A stretch of 63,899 bases of DNA, counting the filler, from Folioceros fuciformis (Eukaryota), in NCBI GenBank assembly GCA_049999805.1. It is 5 parts of 5 records of this genome, joined end to end, with 100 filler letters (N's around TTAATTAATTAA, not from the genome) between each part and the next. Parts side by side here need not be neighbours in the genome. Positions count along the whole stretch, not along the records: positions 54,581 to 62,212 come from JBNGIO010004578.1; positions 62,313 to 63,899 come from JBNGIO010004635.1; 3 more parts are not named here. One strand, 5' to 3'. Positions 57,001 through 63,899 of this stretch are shown here, piece by piece; within the stretch, counting starts at the first letter, position 1, and each line of letters begins with the position of its first letter. The translations under genes were made by a program, and so were the position numbers. Under the pieces are notes generated by a model that did not search any database, had not been told where the DNA came from, and worked only from the letters and a program-made list of their open reading frames with translations.

Positions 57001-60000
57001 CTATGCCGTGCTCCTTTTCACCTTCTGGATGTAGTAGGCTGTATCCAGGACCTTAGAAGGAAAATCTATGACATCCACATTGATCTGCATAGTTGCAACA
57101 TCCTCCCCCTTCGTGAACTCCATTTCAAAATCAGGACCTAACCACTCTCCAGCTCCAAAATCTGGCTGGGGATGCAATTCCCTTTTGTGAAGTAACGGGA
57201 ACTCTGCCAACGTGGATTTTGCGCTGCCCTCCAGAAGACTGAAACAGTCTACTCCAGCAGTCAAAGGATCACAGAAACCTTTCTCAGATTTTGCATAGTC
57301 CACGCTTGAGATGTGATGACCTTTAGCACTACTGCCAGGGTTAGGTTCACCAGCATGAAGCTGCGGACCTGGAAAATGGCCATCCATCACCTCACTACCA
57401 GACATCAAATTTCGAATGCAGAGTAGATCATCTATGCATCTCGTCAATGATGGTAACACATCAGAATTTTGGAATGAAGGAAGCTCAGCCTGATATTCGG
57501 CTAAGCCCTTCGTAAGCGTATCAAACTGTTTCACCGAGAAAGTACTGAGACTTGCTCCGTTGCTGCTTGGAGAACAAAGCATGGCTGGCTGCTCCGAGTC
57601 ATAGCTGCGAAAACCCCTGTGTGGATTGGTTCCACCTTCCGTTCGGACAGTAGAATTGCATGGGTCCACCATCAGTAAATTTTCTGAATGGCTTCCTTCA
57701 TACCCCGCCTCCCTGTTCATGAAAGAATCATGGCAGTTTGCCGTGCAGACCATAAGTTGCTCTGCTTCCACTCCACAAGTACCCACGGAGCATTGTACAT
57801 GGTTTCTGAGGGAGAAACTACTTGATGATGAACTGCCAAAGTCCATTGCATGGATGTCTGGTGACAAAGCGTGCAAAGTCACCTCCTCCAAGCAGCAAGA
57901 ATTCTTTGATGACATACTGAGAGTCCTATGTCCATCCTTATACATCCACTGAGTTTCTCCAATCTCGTGTGATCCAGGACTGCTGCTGCCTTGACCCCAT
58001 ACCTTCCTAATTGGGCAAGGCTCACTAGTGCTATCATGAAACGCAGATCCAGCCCGGGGTCCTCCCCACACAGTCAGCTGAGGACTTATTTCATACTCGG
58101 TCACCAAGCCTTGCCCCCAAACAGACACCCTAGTTTGTACGGACAGTGCGTTACATGCACCACTAGATGGAAGCAATGCAGTCGGCTGCAAAACGACATT
58201 CCCTGTGAACACATTGGATACCTTGCCACCATTGGTGCAATCCCCCTCTTCACCAACGCACATGGCTTTCCAAACTTGTTCCACCTCCGCAGTGGTCATG
58301 TCCTCTAGGACTCGGCTATCCTGCAGGCGTGCACACCCCTCCTCCACCGACAGTTGAGAGCTGTTCTTTCTCTCAATTAGTTGCAGTGAGTCCCAACTGT
58401 ACGTGCCAGAAACACCAGGAACAAACGCGGCACGATATTCAGATTCAGCCTGTTTGGATTTTGGACTTTCGAGATCACATTGAGCAGCCACCTTTTGCTG
58501 ATAATCTCGCAGTACAGTGCATCTTGGGACCATCTCTGCGCTATCGAAGGACCCATCTGCTGACTTCCTGTGCTTTCGACGCAGGTCCTTCCGCCTCATT
58601 GTGGCATTCCAATGGTTCTTTATAGCATTTTCAGTTCGACCAGGTATAAGTTTCGCAATGTCAGCCCACCTATTGCCAAGCTTATTGTGTGCTGACACAA
58701 GGGCTTCCTCTTCTTCAGTGTTCCATCCATCACGCTGTCAAACAAGGGGAGCAACATTGATGTCCACAGGTCACAAACTAAAAAATTTCTTTGTCCTTTA
58801 CATTGGCAAGGCGCGATAATTGACAACAAGGAATGAAACTGAGAACCACACAAAGAAGGTGCTCTACCTTTATGTCAGGGCGCAAATGATTGTGCCAGCG
58901 TTCACGACATTGCTTTCCAATTCGGCCTGTCAAATATGTAGCAATTAGTGACCAGCGCTGCTGTCCATGCCTTTCAACAAGCTCCATAAGGTACCTGTCA
59001 TCAGACAAACACACCTGGAGATAGGACTCGCTTGAAGGTAAAAACAACGAAGATAGAAAGGCAGATCATGCAAACCTGTCCTCTTGAGGCGTCCACTGGC
59101 CCTTTATGATGTTTGGCCTTCTTGGACCCCCCTTGGATGAACGCTTCAAGAAACGCCTGCTATCTCGGTCATCATTCTGTTCTGCTTTAGCCATCTCGTA
59201 AGCCTCTCTGGCAGTAAGTTCCTTGACTGTTTCCTGCAGTGAACCACCGAGATAATATTCATGGCCTGGAATAACTACAGTGACAGCTGCAGCAATATCT
59301 TCGCCTGGAATACCCAACCACCCTCGTAGACTACTTGGTCGCAAATGTTTGTCCTCTATCCCTCCTACATTTGGAGGTGAATGGGAGTCCCGCTGCCTTA
59401 TAAACTCTTCAGGTACAGATGGCACCTTCCCCTCGAGCTGCTTGTATTTCTGATTTTCCTTCAACTGCATTTCCAGTATCTGTGCTTTGAAGTTGGCACT
59501 TGCTACTACAGAACAGTCTTCAAAGTAGCTCCCTTCCTGCCAAAATTCCCCAACTATGACTGGATCCACACAGGCTTGAGAGTAATAACCTTCAAGCTCT
59601 CGTATGCAGCCAGAAAATGCACCGCCCCCCATGTCAAAATCGTTTAGAATACCACTTAACTTTAATGAACCACAGCCTTGTTTGGTGTCGGAAGGATTCT
59701 CTAACAAAAGGGATGCTGCAACCCTTTCCACCAAGCTTGATGGCTCTACTAAGGAGCTCTCTATGTTTGGCAGATCCACAACGGTTTCAAAGGACTGAAT
59801 CCCACTGTCATCGACTTCAATGGTCAGATGTTTCAGCCCTGTCTGCACCGCGTGACAGGGCTGCTCATTGTACTGCTCTCTGATTTCATCAATCACTTGG
59901 TATTCTGTCTGCACTTCAGGCAACAGCCTCCCATTAACAATAGATTCACTAACCCTGGCACCTCCAAACTTTTCCTCATCTTCAGATAGTTGATAATCTC

Positions 60001-60457
60001 GTTCTAAATTTGCCAGCAGGTGTGATTGTTTTCCCCTCGTGACATACTCTGCACACATAAAAGGAATGCTCATGCCTCGTTCCACCTGACTTGACTTGCA
60101 ACTATTTAGCAACATGGAAGTGATGAATCGTGAATTCGATTTTTCACGTTTTGACTGGACTCCCTTTGAGGAGACCAGATTCGCAGTAGAGCTATGAAGG
60201 CTGATGCTGTCCTTGGCAGATATATCAGCTCGTTTGTCCAATCCCCATTCCATCTCCTCTGCAAGTCTCCTAGCATACCCGTTCACGTTTTGTCCGCTAG
60301 CCTTGAGGCTTGCTGTATCACTACTCCATGTAGATTCGGTGACCATGGAATACACAGGGAGTTTCTCTTTCATTTTCCTTCCTCGCCTAGGGCCCCTGAC
60401 AGTTGCACGCCTTTGCTCAAGCTCAGCAACTCCTCCTCCACTTCCCTGCAGCATCAT
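57001..60457 (-). CDS. R2R3-MYB of the FGMYB / MYB98-MYB64-MYB119 clade with long N- and C-terminal regions; exons about 60457-59076, 58994-58868 and 58734-57001
   Basis: [33 protein letters not shown]...EE..LV.AH...[26 protein letters not shown] is typical of this clade; canonical splice sites. Confidence 0.88.
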
Positions 60458-60878
60458 CCTCCCGAGGTGACTTGCCTGTGGAATTTTCAAGAAACGTAGC
60501 TATGGATCCGTTAGCTTCAAACCTAAGAACTGGAGTGAAGTATTTTCTCCAGCATCAAATCGGGATGGAAGTTTTTCGCTTCCACACCAGCTTTTCTGAC
60601 CGGCAACTCCGATCAGGGTTTGAGTGGCACTGGTCCCTGGAGAACAAGCATGACGCTATCCTACAAGGTGAGGCCAGAACATGACTTAAGGGACAACCTA
60701 TGTCCAGGAGGTTCCCAAATGCCTAATGTCCTTTCGCTGAATGCATGACATCCACTAAGCCTGCTGTTTGAAACAAAGGTGAATGCACAGGCTCCTAGAC
60801 AAGAAGAGCGAAAAAAGCTGGGTAGGGAAAAACGTCTGTCGTAGAAGCACATAAGCAGTCATCTGCACCTACCGCACA

Positions 60879-60957
60879 GCAGCTTCTAAAAAAGCTCCAC
60901 TCTTTCCGAACATGTCAAGCAGCTTCTAAAAAACTCCACTCTTTCCGAACATCTCAA
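60879..60957. repeat. Direct duplication of about 39 bp upstream of the MYB gene
   Basis: gcagcttctaaaaaa(g)ctccactctttccgaacat.tcaa occurs twice. Confidence 0.85.
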
Positions 60958-61721
60958 GGGAAGACAAACATCTGAGGGTTCCGCAGCAAAACTCAGTCCT
61001 CCATCACGGTGGATTCCCAAGAACCCGGCGTATCTGCCAGGCACCGACTACGAGCCCAGACAGCAGCTATGCTGACCAAATGCCTGAGCTTTAACACAGA
61101 TCACAAATTACCGTGTCACATCCTCATGCACTTCGGCATATGACGTAGACTTCGCTTGACACCCGTACCCAACTATAAGGTCCTGTGCCGCCCAATACTA
61201 ATACCAATACCCTAGACTGTCCGCGAGTCAGACGGCTAGAAGCAGGTAACAACATTCCGAGAAAACTAGCCTATCGCTTGGCTCTGGCAGGAAAGGCACG
61301 CAACACATGCTTCGGAAAGGGCTTTTTGTGCCTTCGGCCGCCCCTTCACCCCTTGCGCGCAAAAAACCCTAGGAGTATAATTTTACTTCTTTTTCTCGTA
61401 CTAAGGCTTCGTTTNNNNNNNNNNNNNNNNNNNNNNNNNNNNNNNNNNNNNNNNNNNNNNNNNNNNNNNNNNNNNNNNNNNNNNNNNNNNNNNNNNNNNN
61501 NNNNNNNNNNNNNNCAATTGGGAGTAGTAAAAATCGTCCCATCCCGAGAGTAGTAAAAATTGTTCCATTTACAGGGTTTCATTTAGGCATTTTCATCTTT
61601 TTTTAATAAAAATATTTAAAAATGGAAAAAAAAATCTTTTAAATCAAAATTTTGAAAAAACTTAAAAGCTTCCAAAAAAATCAAAAATGCTCCGTCATAC
61701 TACATAGTTGCTAACCTAATT

Positions 61722-62212
61722 CTAGTTTGCCGGGTTTAAATAATCATGAATCCTTGATTGATACTGAGTTGCTTTCATCCAATGACTAGCAATATGTTTT
61801 TCCAACTGAGAAAGCGACTTGAAAGCATTAAGAGTGTTATGTGGCATCTCTTCCAAAAACATCTTCGCTATCCTCATAGCATTATTTACAACATCCTTTG
61901 TCGTATGTGGTCTTGGCGCTATGGTCTCCACTAACGTTGTATCATTCTCCTCACCCTCCTCATTGATAGGCAGAGGGATTAATGCTTGCCATATTTCATC
62001 CTCTGTAGGAATATACGTAGTCTCCAATCCTTCATCCTACTCAAAGTTCAGATACTCTTCAGCTGTCATCGTTGGATATGCAACATCAGCAATTCCTGTC
62101 ATATCCTCAGACGTTAATAATCCTAAGCTTCGCATGGATTGTTGTAGCTCTTCTACCTGCGTTTTCAACGAATTAGAGTGATTTTGAGGATTCGACAATG
62201 GATCCTCTGGAT
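61722..62212 (-). mobile_element. pogo/Tigger-like (CENP-B related) transposase C-terminal relic
   Basis: MTAEEYLNFE*..ET...TEDEI...acidic stretch...QSRIHDYL resembles the pogo tail ending Q..I.DYF; internal stop; truncated by a gap. Confidence 0.5.
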
Positions 62213-62312
62213 NNNNNNNNNNNNNNNNNNNNNNNNNNNNNNNNNNNNNNNNNNNNTTAATTAATTAANNNNNNNNNNNNNNNNNNNNNNNNNNNNNNNN
62301 NNNNNNNNNNNN

Positions 62313-63899
62313 ACAAAAGTGGCTCCACTCATCAAGGAAAGAGAGGAAGTATACTGCTCCTCCAAAGGACTGTGTCGACATAGGTCCACAAACATCGGAA
62401 TGAATTACCTCAAGCAAAGAAGTAGCCCTTGTTGGAGAAGGGTCGTTATAAGGTTTTTGGGTAAGTTTCCCTATTTGGCAGCTTTCACAGAAGAGGGTAG
62501 GGTTGGTTTTAAGCGTAAAACCATCCTTATACAAGTGTGCGTTTTGTGCTACCCGATCAACATAAGCAAGACTTGGATGACATAATCTATAGTGCCATAG
62601 GAAGGTAGTGCTAACTTCTGGATTAGCATCTGCAACGTGAACTTGATGTGTGTTAGGCTGACAGTTGCCTTGTGTTACGATCAGGTGATAAAGGTCATGA
62701 TATGGTGAGCCATTGGCTAAAACTAGAGAAGGTTGTGAAGCTGGGGAAACTACACAATTTGTGGGAGTGAAAACGACTTGCAGGCTATGGTCATAGGTGA
62801 GCTTATGGACTGACAGCAAGTTCTTAGTCATTTAAGAAACATGTAGAACTCCCTTCAACAGTATGTTGTATCCATGGTTGAGTTCTAGTTTAACATTGCC
62901 AGTCCCTTGAATAGAGAGTCCACTGTTGTCTCCTAACAAGACGAATTGATTTGTTGTATTAAGGGAGTATGTACAAAACATGTCCCGCGAGTGGCAGATG
63001 TGGTTGGTCGCTCAAGAGTCCAAAAACGTCTGCCTTGGTAAGTGACAGACACACTTCTAGTATAGCTGGTGTCTTATTGTTGGTACTTGCTGTTGTAGAT
63101 CGTACAGCCACATTAGTTTCAGCTGCAAGTCGACGTGCTTTGCCTGATTGTTTTTTGCGGCACTCACTCTCAAAATGCCCTGGGATCCTGCACCAGTTGC
63201 ATGGTCCTTTCACTCTCCGGGGAGTGAAGGAATTCTGTGGTATTGATTGTCCACTATAGGGACGTCGAGGTGCAGAGAAGTATCCTCGGCCTCGACCCCT
63301 ACCTCGACCATGAGAGGTAAACAACACATGCTGTTGATTAGAGGAGGAGGGTCTTCCAGCTCCTATTCTGCTGGATTCCTCCTCCAACAAGGCACCCACT
63401 ACCTTTGACAGAGTAACAATGGAGCCTAATTGTCGAAGCAAGGTAGATTGAGAGCTGACAAATGTCCGATAACTTGCTGGCAGGGACGTTAGGAGAACAG
63501 TGGTAGCCTTCAACATAGTCAGGGTCTCTCCAACAGCTGCTAAATGTGCTCTCAAGGTCCAAAATCGATGAAGGTGATGTTCCACTATTTCACTTTCTTT
63601 CATTCGAAGAGAATAGAAAAATTCGAGTGCAGTGACATGGAATCTTTAGCAGCGAACATGTCATGGAATACTTTCCAGACATCGTGTGCTGTGACTTGTC
63701 CTTGTGTATGTTGCATCATGTTTTTGTCAAGTGCTGAAATTAATATATTCCTTGCCTTTTTGTCTTTCTTGTGCCATGCTGCAATTACATTCACGGCACT
63801 TTGTCCTACATTAGGTGTTGGATTTGTGGTAGGGGCTGCAAGTGAACCGTCCACAATATCCATAAGCTCGTGCTCTTCAAGAATTGCAACCATTCGCAT
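62313..63899 (-). mobile_element. Degenerate Ty1/copia LTR retrotransposon (gag-protease-integrase)
   Basis: gag W..KD.KA...I, LL.SLP.SY; zinc knuckle CNWCRIPGHFESEC; protease motif interrupted (FLDS*ATNH); KNLLSV; LWHYRLCH; CESCQIGK; LEVIHSDVCGP; stops and frameshifts. Confidence 0.93.

Overview
Gene-dense nuclear DNA from a non-seed land plant, probably a hornwort (inferred from the fully intronless phototropin, compact spacing, short GT-AG introns and a plastid-targeted MurC). 1-31 kb is tightly packed with genes: TilS/RSY3, ICMT-like, divergent CNOT9/RCD1, MurC, SP1, SAE2, an SMP-30-like propeller, an aldo-keto reductase, NOXY2/NFD6-like, a PLS-E PPR, PAT1 and an ABM-domain protein. 32-64 kb holds KNL1, Ku70, phototropin and an FGMYB/MYB98-clade R2R3-MYB, mixed with AT-rich repeats, transposon relics and assembly gaps. 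Four gaps carry an artificial TTAATTAATTAA linker, so adjacency across them is unproven. Most notable: (i) an array of putative alternative terminal micro-exons behind the NOXY2/NFD6-like gene; (ii) an AT-rich kinesin-7/CENP-E-like motor spliced in frame to a RING-H2 domain with telomere-like repeats in an intron; (iii) a transposon relic facing the 3' end of the FGMYB-like gene. All calls come from reading the sequence and recognising motifs; no searches were run, and gene boundaries are approximate.
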